Shown here: positions 10,962-23,997 of the stretch, in pieces
Layout: the number at the start of each line of letters is the position of its first letter
Position numbering within the stretch: the stretch's first letter is position 1
DNA from: Eledone cirrhosa
Lineage: Eukaryota
Direction of reading: 5' to 3'
NCBI GenBank assembly: GCA_964016885.1
Contig: OZ024740.1
Location: forward strand, 263,748,001-263,812,000
DNA: 64,000 bases
Position numbers and translations under genes: made by a program
The notes under the pieces: model-generated
What the model was told of the DNA's origin: nothing
Databases searched by the model: none
What the model saw: only the letters and a program-made list of their open reading frames with translations

Positions 10962-13900
10962 ATGACCTCACTCAGAATAGGCAGCATAAATGCGCGTGGC
11001 TTGGGGTCGTCATGGAAGCAGGGTCACCTGCTCAACGACCTCAGGTCACTAAACATAGATGTAGTGGCCATCAGCGAGACCAGAATCTCCGAAGCACGGG
11101 CCTTCGCACCGATCTTCGGCGGCTACGATGTGTACGCATCTCCCAGCCGTCCTGGATCCGGTGGAGGAGTTGCTGTGCTTTTTCGGAGAGGTTTGGATCT
11201 CGCCATACGGGCCATCTTCCTGGACCCAGAGGGTAAGCTGGTGGTGCTGGACGTGACCAGCGGAGACGGGCAAGCTTTCAGGCTAGTGGCCGTCTATGCC
11301 CCGACAGGAGCAGGGCGGCCTGATTTCTTCCGGCGTCTGGAGACCTTTCTTGGAACGTCCCGCTCTTTAGTGTTAGTGGGCGACTGGAACGGGATCTTAG
11401 ATGCACGCTGGGACTGTGTGGGATTAGCGGATAGGGGTGGAGGGTGCAAGAGCCTCACCAACCTGCTCAGGCGTTTTGAACTGTCTGACAGGTACCGATT
11501 GGATTTCCCGAATGTGCCAATGTGGACTTGGACAAACCGCATAGGGTCATCCAGATCATATCTAGATAGAGTATTTTGTAGGGAAATAGATAGGTCTAGC
11601 ATAGGCTGTCCACAATTCAAGATAGTCAGCTACACGGACCACAAATTCGTGATCTGTGTGCTTGACTTAGATAGGCTTCATAGACGAGGACCCGGCTACT
11701 GGAAGCTAAACGCGTCCTTACCAGCGCGCAAGGCCTACAGAGACCGGATTAGCGAACTAGTTAAGCGGGCATTGACGGGGGCCATCGTCAACAACAAGTG
11801 GTGGTTTGCTCTGAAAAGAGCGATTAGAATAGAATCGATTAGGTTTAGTAAGGCTTTAGCAATAGAGAAAAATAGAGCAGAGGGAGAACTAGTTAGAAAA
11901 TTAGACGAGGCGCTTAGCAAAGGCATTGCGACCGACGTGCTTGCGGCGAAATTGGCCCTTGACCAATTCTTCAATGCAAAGCACGAAGGCTGCGTTGTCA
12001 GAGCTAGGGTGCGTGCTCTCAGACACGAGGGGACGAAAGCCGTTCAATGGGCCCGAGTGGCGGAGGCGCGTCGTGGCAACAAAGCCACGATCCGGTCTTT
12101 GGTGGACCACGACGGGCGCATGCTACTCGATCCCGGGCAAATGTGTGAAGCTTTTCAGCGACACTTCGCTCAGCTGTTCGGGGGCAGCGGGGGGCCGGGT
12201 AGAGGGATGGACTTTAGTGTCTACCTCGACGGACTGCCGCGGCTCTCGGCCACTGAGGCGAAGTGTTGCGAAAAGCCGATAACAGCCGCTGAAGTAAGGG
12301 AGGCAATGACTGGCTGCACAAGGGGTAAATCGCCTGGTTTGGATGGTCTGCCCTATGAACTTTACGTACAGATGCCAGACTTGTTCGGAGGCCTCTTGGC
12401 GGACGTCTACTGCAACTGGCAACAGAACGGGAGAATTCCCAGTTGTGTGAGCCGAGGAGCGGTGGCACTGCTGAGAAAGGATCCGAACAAGGGGGATAAC
12501 ATAGAAAATTTCCGGCCCATAACTCTGCTAAACACAGAGTTTAAGATTTTGGCCAAGGTGCTAGCAAAGAGGTTGGCGCTTGTCGTTGGTGGTCTGGTGG
12601 GAGAGGCGCAGACATGCGCCATTCCCGACAGATCCATCCACGACAACCTCCACCTCATGCGATACATCGTAGAGAGGGTAGCTAGGGAACCTGGCACGGG
12701 TGGGTCCTTGATCAGTTTAGATCAGTCGAAAGCTTTCGATAGGGTCGACCATCGTTACCTAGCGGCAGTCCTGAGGGCGGCTGGCTTTGGGCCCGTCTTC
12801 AGAGGCTGGATCGCTGCCATGCACAGCGACATCTGCTCTGTGGTGAGAGTGAACGGTCACCTGTCGGAACCGTTCAACATCATGCGCTCGGTCCGCCAAG
12901 GATGTCCCCTCTCGTCCCTCTTGTACGTATTGACTCTCGAGCCATTACTGCACAAACTGGAGACGTTGAGGGGGGTCCCGCGCGAACTAGGATGCGGAAG
13001 ATCCGTATCAGCATATGCGGACGATGTCACCGTAGTGGTGTCGAACGCCAAACACATCGAGGCGATCGGCACTACACTAAGAGAATACGAAGCGGTGACA
13101 GGAGCAATGATCAACCAGGAAAAGTCAGTGGGCCTGCAGCTCGGCACCTGGAGAGGCAGGTCCATGCCGTCCAACAGCGTCGTCGGACGCTGGACGGACG
13201 GACCGGTTAAATTGCTAGGGGTCTGGTTCGGTCCGGACCTCCAGACGGACAAAAACTGGGACGAGGTGACGAGCAGGGTGGCTTCTCTCACCCAGAAATG
13301 GGCGGAGAGGAAGCTATCCCTGAAAGGTCGAGCGGAGGTGGCTAACGCGTACATCGCGTCTGTCATCTGCTACCGCCTAACCGTCGTACCTTGTCCTAAG
13401 CCTCGCCTGACTGCGCTGGAGCGTTTGCTCTTTCGCTTTTTGTGGAAGGGACGTGCTCCGATGGTCAGGCGGTCCATCTGTTGTCAACACCCGCTACGTG
13501 GAGGGCTGGGCATGCCGTGGCTGATGATGCACAGGCACGCGCTCAGGCTACGACATCTCCACCTCTTCCTCGACGGTGATCAGGTGTGGTCGCCGTTTGC
13601 TAGACGCGTTTTTCCCCAGCTCGTTTCCTTGACGGAGCTGCAGTCCTGGGTCAAGCGAAGACCGAGAGGGAGCGCCTGGAGACTGGAATGTCTTCAGGCG
13701 CTCACAGCCCTCGACCAATCGGGCAATGTGATCGGTGGAAACTCCACCTCGGCATTCTATAGAGGATTAGTGGAGGGGAAGAGCGACGACGTACTTGGGG
13801 AAACTCTAGGCGTCGACGAAAATCAACTAGCCAATCTCTTCGGAAGAACTTTCGGGCCAGGGCCTATGGACAACTTCCAGAAATCTCTGGCCTGGCAGTG

Positions 13901-14381
13901 CTACCGAGGAGCTTTGCCAGTTCGGGATAAACTCTACAGGCATGGAGGTGCCGTCAGCCGGGCATGTCCGAGATGCGCGCATGGCGACGAAACCGTCCTG
14001 CACGCACTCGTCCAGTGTCCGAAAATTGCTGACTTGTGGGTTTATGTCGAACACCTGCTGTCGCGTTTAGGACGGATCCAGCTATCATCTGAGTCTATCG
14101 TGAAGATTGCCCCGCCCTCCTCCTTTAGCCGGGAAGGGCAGGCAGTTTTTATCTGTCTGGTGGCCATGGCGAAAGAGATAGTATGGTGGACACGTTTGAA
14201 AGGGCTGAAGACGAGCACTTACCTCTTCGGTGATGCTCTGATTGACTTTTTCAAATTTCATTTGAAAAGGAAAATCAGAGTAGAGAGGGAAGTGCTCTCT
14301 TCCCAGCATTTTGTTGAAAGATGGGTGAGAGAAGCAAGAATGGCCCGAGTGAATGGGCCGACTCTGAGTATATATCTGTAA
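10962..14381 (+). CDS. LINE ORF2p: AP-like endonuclease + reverse transcriptase + C-terminal zinc knuckle (1139 aa)
   Basis: APE motifs NARGL, SETR, VYAP, GDWN, LDR and TDH; GYWKLNASL; RT motifs KSPGLDG, FRPITLLN, DQSKAFDRV, RQGCPLS and YADD; C-terminal CPRC..ETVLHALVQC. Confidence 0.97.
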   Translation: MTSLRIGSINARGLGSSWKQGHLLNDLRSLNIDVVAISETRISEARAFAPIFGGYDVYASPSRPGSGGGVAVLFRRGLDLAIRAIFLDPEGKLVVLDVTSGDGQAFRLVAVYAPTGAGRPDFFRRLETFLGTSRSLVLVGDWNGILDARWDCVGLADRGGGCKSLTNLLRRFELSDRYRLDFPNVPMWTWTNRIGSSRSYLDRVFCREIDRSSIGCPQFKIVSYTDHKFVICVLDLDRLHRRGPGYWKLNASLPARKAYRDRISELVKRALTGAIVNNKWWFALKRAIRIESIRFSKALAIEKNRAEGELVRKLDEALSKGIATDVLAAKLALDQFFNAKHEGCVVRARVRALRHEGTKAVQWARVAEARRGNKATIRSLVDHDGRMLLDPGQMCEAFQRHFAQLFGGSGGPGRGMDFSVYLDGLPRLSATEAKCCEKPITAAEVREAMTGCTRGKSPGLDGLPYELYVQMPDLFGGLLADVYCNWQQNGRIPSCVSRGAVALLRKDPNKGDNIENFRPITLLNTEFKILAKVLAKRLALVVGGLVGEAQTCAIPDRSIHDNLHLMRYIVERVAREPGTGGSLISLDQSKAFDRVDHRYLAAVLRAAGFGPVFRGWIAAMHSDICSVVRVNGHLSEPFNIMRSVRQGCPLSSLLYVLTLEPLLHKLETLRGVPRELGCGRSVSAYADDVTVVVSNAKHIEAIGTTLREYEAVTGAMINQEKSVGLQLGTWRGRSMPSNSVVGRWTDGPVKLLGVWFGPDLQTDKNWDEVTSRVASLTQKWAERKLSLKGRAEVANAYIASVICYRLTVVPCPKPRLTALERLLFRFLWKGRAPMVRRSICCQHPLRGGLGMPWLMMHRHALRLRHLHLFLDGDQVWSPFARRVFPQLVSLTELQSWVKRRPRGSAWRLECLQALTALDQSGNVIGGNSTSAFYRGLVEGKSDDVLGETLGVDENQLANLFGRTFGPGPMDNFQKSLAWQCYRGALPVRDKLYRHGGAVSRACPRCAHGDETVLHALVQCPKIADLWVYVEHLLSRLGRIQLSSESIVKIAPPSSFSREGQAVFICLVAMAKEIVWWTRLKGLKTSTYLFGDALIDFFKFHLKRKIRVEREVLSSQHFVERWVREARMARVNGPTLSIYL

Positions 14382-14642
14382 ACTAAAGGTGGAAAACTGG
14401 GAGAGGGCACTTGCCTTGGTGGTCAGGGTCATTGTGGCTTTTTACTGGGCTTTCTCCACAAATGTCCCTCCGAAGTCTCCCCCCTATTGGGGAATTTTTC
14501 ATTGTTATTTTCATTGTTATTTTTGTTACATCCTCTGTTTTTGTTTTTTTTACACGCAGAAATGCCCATTTGTACCGTCCTGCATTGTCCTGCACTGTCC
14601 TTAATGTCTACTTTATGTAAACCCTTGTGGTTAATAAAGAAA

Positions 14643-14710
<68 letters not shown>

Positions 14711-14711
<1 letters not shown>

Positions 14712-17700
14712 CTTGAGTCTCAGTCATTGATGTTAGTTAACTGGACAGTCCGTTGGAATGAATATCAAGCCACTACCTGCAGCCTCAGATATTCAGGACG
14801 TATCGGAGGGTTCTTGCTGTTCCCAGCAAGCATGCCTTTTGAAGCGTTCCAAAAAGCGTAAAGGGGCCGATTTTCTTTAACCATCCCTGGAAACTTTTGG
14901 AGATAGTCCCCAGTGCGCCTATGACAATCGGGATCACTTTGACTTCATGGCAGTTCCAAATCCTTTTTACCTCCCACTTTAAGTCCTGTTATCGGTTAAT
15001 TTTCTCCCTCTCCTTCTCTTGCACTCTCGTGTCGAATGGGCAGGCCACATCCACAATCAGACACGATCTTTTTTTTCCGTCTGTATCCTAAAATCCCACA
15101 GCACCTTCACCTGATCGTTCTCCATCACCGCCTCTGGCTTATTCTCATACCATTTCTCAGAATGAGGTAAATTGTTTACTTTGCACAGGTGCCAGTGGAT
15201 CACCCTGCCAATCACATCATGTCTCCAGCCCTTATAGTGGGTCTGGGCCAGGTGTTTACACTCGGATACAATGTGAGCCACAGTCTCCTCTCTCTCTCCA
15301 CAGATCCTGCACAGTGGGCTAGCCTTCTCCTTGTAAATATGGTGTTTCAACCACTTCGTTTTGAGGGCCTGCTCCTGCGCAGCCATTAACATTCCTTCTG
15401 CAGCCCTTTTAAGGTCTCCTCTTCTCAACCAGTTCCATGTCTGTGGATCTCTAAATTCAGTTTTCTCAAAGAAGGTACTATGAAGGGATTTTTGCTGAAG
15501 GCTGCTCTTTCTCCTTGATGTTATTTCCTCCTTGGACATCCCCTGACCTATTGTCCCCTCCTTCAGTACAGTTCTGAGCATTGGCTCCTTACTATCAGTC
15601 ACGTATTTGTGTAGGTTGTTTTTCTCCATCTGAACACAGTCCTCTATGCTGATAAGATCTCTTCCACCCTCAGATCTCCTTAGGTAGAGTCTATCGACAT
15701 CACTCCTCTTGTGGAACATGTTGTAGATAGTCAATAGCTTCCTAGTCTTCCTATCCATTTCTTTTTGTTCAGCAACATTCCATCTCAGAATTCCCGCACT
15801 GTACCTAATAATAGACACAGCTCGGGAATTTACTGCGCTTATGGCATTTCTGCTGTTCAGATGTGACTTCAATACGCTCCTTACTCTCCGAATGTATTCA
15901 GTTCTTAACAATTCCTTCATTTTTTTGTTCTTTATGCCATCAGCCTCCAGAACGCCCAAATACTTGTATCCTTCCTCAGAGTCAATTTACTTTATCATCT
16001 CACCTGTTGGTATCTGGATTCCGTTACTTCTGTTCAACCTACCCCTCCTCATCACAATGACTCCACACTTACTAATACCAAACTGCATACATATATCACT
16101 GCTGAAAATACGCACAGTGTCAACAAGCACATCCAACTCCTTCTCACTCTTCCCGAAGTGCTTAAGATCGTCCATGAAGAGGAGGTGATTGATGGTAAAA
16201 CCTCCCTTTCCCAACCTGTATCCTGCTCTCACTTTTCGCAGTACAGTGGTCAGAGACATCAGGGCAAGGACAAACAACAGAGGGGACAGGCTATCTCCCT
16301 GGAAGATACCTCTCTTGATCTTCACGCTTCCCAAGGATTCTCCAGTTGATGTCAACTCTGTTTCCCAGGACCTCATACTTTTGCCCAACAACTGTCTGAT
16401 GTTATCTGCCACCTTGAAGATCTCCAGGCTTTTGGTGATCCAAGAATGAGGCACCATGTCAAATGCCTTTCTGTAGTCTATCCATCCCATGACAAGATCA
16501 GTGTGTCTCCTCCTGCAATTCCCCATTACCATCTTATCAATAAGTAACTGGTCCTTTGTACCACGGCATCCTTTCTGTTCGTCCGGTAACAAGTTGTTTG
16601 TGTGGAGGTGATGGTAGATTTCCTCAGACACAATGCTCGTCAACAGTTTCCACATTACGGACAGACATGTGATAGGTCTATAGTTGGTAACATCATTACC
16701 CTTGATTCGGTCTTTCATTATCAGAACGGTGGTACCTTTTGTCAACCACTCTGGTACCTCACCTGACATCAAGCATTCATTGAACATGGTTGTCAGTTTC
16801 GGGTGGAGGTATGTTATATTTTTAATCCAATACCCCTGCACACCATCTGGGCCTGGTGATTTCCAGTCGGTTAGTTTTTTGGCCTGCCCCTTAAGAGTTT
16901 CAACTGTGATACTCAAATCAGTTTGTTGGTGTGCCTGTTCACCGATCTCCTTCTGTACTGTCTCAATCCACACTGCCTGGTCATTATGTCTAACATCCTG
17001 TTCCCATATTCCTCTCCAGAATGTTTTAGTTTGTTCCGCCTCAGGGATCAAGTCGTTGCCTCTTTCTTTCCCCTCAAGCTGTCCAAACAGCATCTTCTGG
17101 TTGTTGTCGAACATGCGGTTCTGTTTATACTGACTGACTCTGTTCTCGTATCGCCTGATTTTTGCACTCTTTGCTACAATGCGTTGCTTCAGTTCTTCTA
17201 TGATAGTATTTAGCTTTTTCCTCCTAGTTTTGTACTTTATTTCTAGTCTATTTTTAGTGTCTATGTTTTTTAGTGTCCCATTCAGCAGTGACTCAAGCTT
17301 TCCAATGTCATTTCTCATTTCCCTGATTTGACCACTCAGTCGTTTCTTCCACCAAGGCTCTGCTCTTTCTTGTCTGTTGTTTCCTCTCGCTTTTATACCA
17401 AGTAGTTTCCTCACCGTATTTGCTGTTGCTTTGAGGATATTGTTGCACTGGTGAAGGCTCCTCGCCTCAAGGTATGGGATGACTTTGTTTACCTTAGCTG
17501 TTGTTTCTTTTAACTTTTTCCTGTCTACAAATCTTAGGTTCATAGGTCTCCCACTATCATTGTTCAATTCATCTACCACTAAATTTAGGATGTCAACCAA
17601 ATCTTGTCCTAGCCCGTCAGCATTCATCTCCTCAGTGGCCGTATCTCCCTTCCAGGTATTATTTATCTCAGTATTCAGATCATTGTCTGCTTCGGGTGGT

Positions 17701-18275
17701 TCCTCCGTTCTCTCGACCTCTTCACCTTCATTTCCCACTGGCTCGTTTGCCTGGCATACTCCACCCTCCATCTCCAAGCTAATCTCTCTGCTCAGTTCCT
17801 CCAGTTCCAGTTCGCTTATCCACCCATTAGTTCTTATTACCCGAGCCTGCTCGGCCAATTTTTGTTCATCTAATTTAAATAGACCAATTTTGTTTCAGAT
17901 GTTAAGCATCCGTCTCCTATAGCCCCTCTCCTTGGGGTTACTTTTCAGGTAACATTGTATAACAGTTCTATTCAATTCTTTCGTCCAGTTGGTTCTGGTC
18001 CCTTTCCTTCTTCTTCCTCCGACACCAGCAGTATTTGGTTGACAGCCAGGTCCCTGCTGCTGAGCCAGGGAGCACCTGTTGGGTGAGAGTCTGTCACATG
18101 ACGTTCTAGTCTCCATTTCACCGTTATTCGAACTGTTTAGATTCGACATTTAAACACTCTTATCGAGGATTGGCGAATGTATGGTTACATAACCACCCGT
18201 GGATTCACCGTCTCCGGTGGTTGCGTTGCTCCACGTGGCTCTTGTGTGGCATTATCACGCTGTAGACGAACACAA
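14711..18275 (-). mobile_element. Near full-length but disabled R4/Dong-like RLE LINE (family A, copy 3)
   Basis: Single ORF from ATG 18149, broken at 17895, ~15987 and ~15070 (deletion removes the RPD motif). RT motifs KSPGPDG, YRPITCL, DYRKAFD, IFQGDSLSP and FMDD. 5' boundary uncertain. Confidence 0.92.
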
Positions 18276-19139
18276 ATAAACAAACAAACAAACAGCCAGA
18301 AAAAACCCCCAAAATGAATAAGCATAAGTTTCATTGTAATGTAGTGTTCGAATGTCTGACTTAGTTTTTCCCTTCCCTTCTCTGTCCGTCCGTTTGTTTC
18401 TCTCTTCATTCTTATTTTCTTTATGTGTTTTTGTTTTTGTTTTTTCTCTGTTTGTTTCTTTTTGTTGTTGTTGCTGTGCTGCTTTGGTTTTGATTTTTGT
18501 TTTTTCTTTTGAGTCTATCTATATATTTTGATGCCTTCCTCTTTTTTAGTAGGAATTCTATAATATAGTGGCGGTGCTATGCTAGCAGCAACTAGCAGGA
18601 GGCAATGGGAGAGAATAGCGGCGGTAGCGATACTGAGGCAGCGGTGGATGTGATGTGATCGTATTACTGTAGTGATGGTGTTGTAGCGGTGGTAGCAATG
18701 AAGGAGTGGTGGCGGCGGTGATGGGATAGTGGTAGTAATGATGGATGGGCGGCGGCGGCGGTGACTGTAGTGATGGTGTTGTCGTTACTGATGTCCGTTC
18801 GGTGAATCTATGGGGTTAGTCGCGTACGTGTTGACATAAATTCCCTTAATGTTGGAATTAAACATTTTGTTAAAACTTGGGACAATAATAATAGTAGTTA
18901 TTATTATCATTATTATGTTGAGATTGGTTGTGGTGGTGATGAAATTGCCGTTATCTGGCTGTTGCGTTTAGTGTACACAGAGGGGTGATGGGGTAGGTGG
19001 TGTATCTAGTTTCTGGTGTTGGTGAAATTGTTGTTGTTTGGCTGTTCTATATAGTGTAGACAGAGGAGGGGGGGTTCTTCTTCTTCCATTTATAGCCATT
19101 TTCTTTTTTTGAATATACAATGTTCAATACAAAGTTGAA

Positions 19140-19218
<79 letters not shown>

Positions 19219-19236
19219 GTTATTATTATTATTGTT

Positions 19237-20740
19237 CTTTGCGTCTCGTCATTGATGTTAGTTAACGGGAAAGTTTGTTGAAATGAATATCAAGCCACTA
19301 CCTGCTGCCTCAGATATTCAGGACGTATCGGAGGGTTCTTGCTGTTCCCAGCAAGCATACCTTTTGAAGTGTTCCAAAAAGCAGGGCGGGACCAATTTAC
19401 TTTAACAATCCTTGGAAACTCTTTGAGATGGTACCTAGTGCGCCTATGACAATCGGGACCACTTTGACCTCATGGCAGTTCCAAATCCTTTTTACCTCTT
19501 ACTTCAAGTCCTGGTACCGGTTAATTTTCTCCGTCTCCTTCTCTTGCACTCTCGTGTCGAATGGGCAGGCTACATCCACAATCAGGCACGATCTTTTTCC
19601 TTGTCAAAACCACCAGGTCAGGTCTATTGTGTTCCAGTTTCTTGTCCGTCTGTATCCTAAAATCCCTCAGCACCTTCACCTGATCGTTTTCCATCACCGA
19701 CTTTGGCTTATGCTCATACCACTTCTCGGAATGTTGTAAATTGTTTACTTTGCATAGGTGCTAGTGGATCACCCTGCCCATCACATCATGTCTCTAGCCC
19801 TTATAGTGAGTCTGGGCTAGGTGTTTACACTCGGATACAATGTGAACCACAGTCTCCTCTCTCTCTACAGATCCTACACAGTAGGCTAGCCTCCTCCTTG
19901 TAAATATGGTGTTTCAGCCACTTCGTTTTGAGGGCCTGCTCTTGCGTAGCCATTAGCATTCCTTCTGTAGACTTTTTAAGGTCTCCTCTTTTTAACCAGT
20001 TCCATGTCTGTGTATCTCTAAATTCAGTTTTCTCAAAGAAGGCACTATGAAGGGATTTTTCATGAAGGTTGCTCTTTGTCCTTGTTGTTATTTGCTCCTT
20101 GGACATCCCCTGGTCTATTGTCCTCTCCTTCAGCACAATTCTGAGCATTGGCTCCCTACTATCAGTCACGTATTTGTGTAGGTTGTTTTTCTCCATCTGA
20201 ACACAGTCCTCTATGCTGATAAGACCTCTTCCACCTTCAGATCTCCTTAAGTAGAGTGTATCGACATCACTCCTTTTGTGGAACATGTTGTAGATAGTCA
20301 ATAGCTTCCTAGTCTTCCTATCCATTTCTTTATTCCATCTCAGAATTCTTTCACTGTACCTAATAATAGACACAGCTCGGGTATTTACTGCACTTATGGC
20401 ATTCCTACTGTTTAGATGTGACTTTAATACGCTCCTTACTCTCCGAATGTATTCAGTTCTTATCAATTCCTTCACTCTTTTGTTCTTGATGTCATCAGCC
20501 TCCATATCACCTAAATACTTGTATCCCTCTTCAGTATAAATTTCCTTTATCTTCTCACCTGTTGGTATCTGGATTCCGTTGCTTCTGCTCAATTTACCCC
20601 TCTTCATCAAAAGGAATCCACACTAATACCAAATACTAATACCAAATTGCATACATAATTGCATACACACTAATACCAAATACTAATACCAATTACTAAT
20701 ACCAAATTGCATACATATATCGTTCCTGAAAACTAAGTAA
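19237..20740 (-). mobile_element. Older, more diverged 5'-truncated family A copy (copy 4)
   Basis: ORF 19825-20610 is homologous to A3; 3' end abuts (ATT)n at 19141-19236. Confidence 0.9.
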
Positions 20741-21163
20741 AACAGCATCTGGAGGAAAATTTAGGGAACCGATTAATGACTCAATTCTTAACCCAATAGA
20801 TTGTCTTATATCTGGAGACATATTAAGTCTATTGTGCAAGCTTACTCTCCGAAAATTACCGAAGAACTGAAACATTGTATCAACTGCATTCACCAAAATA
20901 ACAAAAGAACATATTGAAGCCGTATTCGACAATTTCTTGAAGAGAAATGATATGCACATATCTACGGAAGGTGATCATTTCGAATATTTTTTTTAACACT
21001 ATTTAATAGATTTTATTTTTTAAAATTCATACACACATACAACACACATTCTTCCGCGCCACACGCACACACGCACACACGCACACACGCACACACACAT
21101 GGACACTGCAAACACACACAGTGACACACGCAAACATACACGCGTGCGCGCACACACAGGCAG

Positions 21164-21266
<103 letters not shown>

Positions 21267-21349
21267 CACGTTTTATTTACAATCCTTTAACATTTATAAT
21301 GGTATCAGAATGAAATAGTATGGTAGAATATTAAAGGTTAAGTGTTTAT

Positions 21350-21388
21350 TGAACAAGTACTTTCATGCTTTCGCAATCTTCAGGTTCA
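21350..21388 (-). ncRNA. Minimal type I hammerhead ribozyme
   Basis: Minus strand reads TGAAC CTGAAGA T-TGC-gaaa-GCA-T GAAA GTAC TT GTTCA: complete core, 5-bp stem I, GAAA-capped stem II, palindromic stem III (AGTACT). Confidence 0.8.
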
Positions 21389-21555
21389 TATTCTGTGGTG
21401 ACAGTCAAGTCTGCAATTTTCAACTGTGTTGAAAATTGCAAGCGTTTATTAATATATATATATATAAACACACCATAAAGACAACTCATCAGCATTAGAT
21501 ATTGTCGTATTAAACGCATATAGCCCCACCCTCGGACATGCATTCATCACCAACT

Positions 21556-21596
21556 TACTCCATAACCACCAACATGATGTTGGTGGTTATGGAGTA
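21556..21596. repeat. Perfect palindrome, 20-bp arms, 1-nt loop
   Basis: TACTCCATAACCACCAACAT-G-ATGTTGGTGGTTATGGAGTA. Confidence 0.95.
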
Positions 21597-22009
21597 GGAT
21601 ACGGGTGGGATATATATATGCGTTGTCAGTTCATATCCCGCTACGTTCAACGTTACATTTGTTATCTTTTCGGTGACAGTAGAGTTTGGTGTAATGTCTA
21701 TCATTTGCGGTATCAATTCTCGAGTTAACAAAAGCCCTTCACCAGGACATCAGCATTAATTTAAGGGAATTGTAATTCACATGAACACGTGACTGTTAAT
21801 CTTTCACCAGATATAGATTACTCAGATATAGTTTATTCGGAACGTTCCAAATCCATATATATATATATATATATACATATACACACACACATATATATAT
21901 ATATATATAGGAACGATCGACTTTTTTGTCAAATCGGACCGAGGGAACAATGTTTCCGTTGGTCTTTCCAATTGCTAATACTATCTATCGGTCGCAACTC
22001 CAGGTAGAA

Positions 22010-22130
22010 GGAGCAACGTGAAATAAAGTGTCTTGCTCAAGGACATAACGCATCGCCTGGTCCAGGAATCGAACTCACAACCTTACGATTGCGAATACAA
22101 TTCTCTAACCACTCAGCCACACGCCTTCAC
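22010..22130 (-). mobile_element. tRNA-derived SINE, 5' part
   Basis: A box TGGCTGAGTGG and B box GAGTTCGATTCC, followed by TGTCCTTGAGCAAGACACT; related fragment at ~46505-46620 (+). Confidence 0.8.
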
Positions 22131-22138
22131 ATACATAT

Positions 22139-23221
<1,083 letters not shown>

Positions 23222-23377
23222 CTGTTTTGTAGCTTTCTTGAAGCATTGTTTAATAGGAAACTCAAATTTAAATTTTGAAGACTAAATTTGCTGAGGTAAG
23301 ATTCTTTTGTTATCTTGGAAATTTTAACAATCTTCATAACACATTGTGTTGGTCTTCGAAATTTATATTTATGTTTC

Positions 23378-23487
<110 letters not shown>

Positions 23488-23572
23488 ATAATTGTTTCTA
23501 CTAATTTGGTGAAAGCACCGATTCTTTGCTTAAACTTTAATCTGTTATTTTAATAAATATATATATATATAT

Positions 23573-23997
23573 ATAAAATATCAAAAAAATAATGAATAAA
23601 ACAATGAAACAGTTCCTTATATTAAACAAAAAAAGTTCATTATTTAACGATCGTTTCTAGGATATATATGTGTTAGAATTGGCATGCATATTCAACAGAT
23701 CTATGTACAAAAATATACAAAATTATACAAACTATCAAGATTAAATATACATACCAAACACACATATATGCCGTCTTCAGAAATAATCCTTTCAGACGGC
23801 ATATATGTGTGTTTGGTATGTATATTTAATCTTGATAGTTTGTATAATTTTGTATATTTTTGTACATAGATCTGTTGAATATGCATGCCAATTCTAACAC
23901 ATATATATCCTAGAAACGATCGTTAAATAATGAACTTTTTTTGTTTAATATAAGGAACTGTTTCATTGTTTTATTCATTATTTTTTTAATATTTTAT
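23573..23997. repeat. Near-perfect fold-back palindrome (~204-bp arms, 17-nt spacer); the right arm continues as unique sequence to TA at ~24131
   Basis: Arms 23573-23776 and 23794-23997; mirror ORFs in the ORF track confirm the symmetry. Confidence 0.95.
23639..23787 (-). ncRNA. Type I hammerhead ribozyme with an extended stem II
   Basis: ATTATTT CTGAAGA [116 nt containing an ATATATGTGT/ACACATATAT helix near its base] GAAAC GATC GTT AAATAAT: 7-bp stem I, palindromic stem III. Confidence 0.7.

Larger units (their letters stand above)
8616..14644 (+). mobile_element. Apparently full-length, intact Tx1/L1-clade non-LTR retrotransposon (~6.0 kb)
   Basis: 214-nt 5' UTR, two uninterrupted ORFs 35 nt apart, 3' UTR with AATAAA, (ATT)n on both sides. 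Confidence 0.95.
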
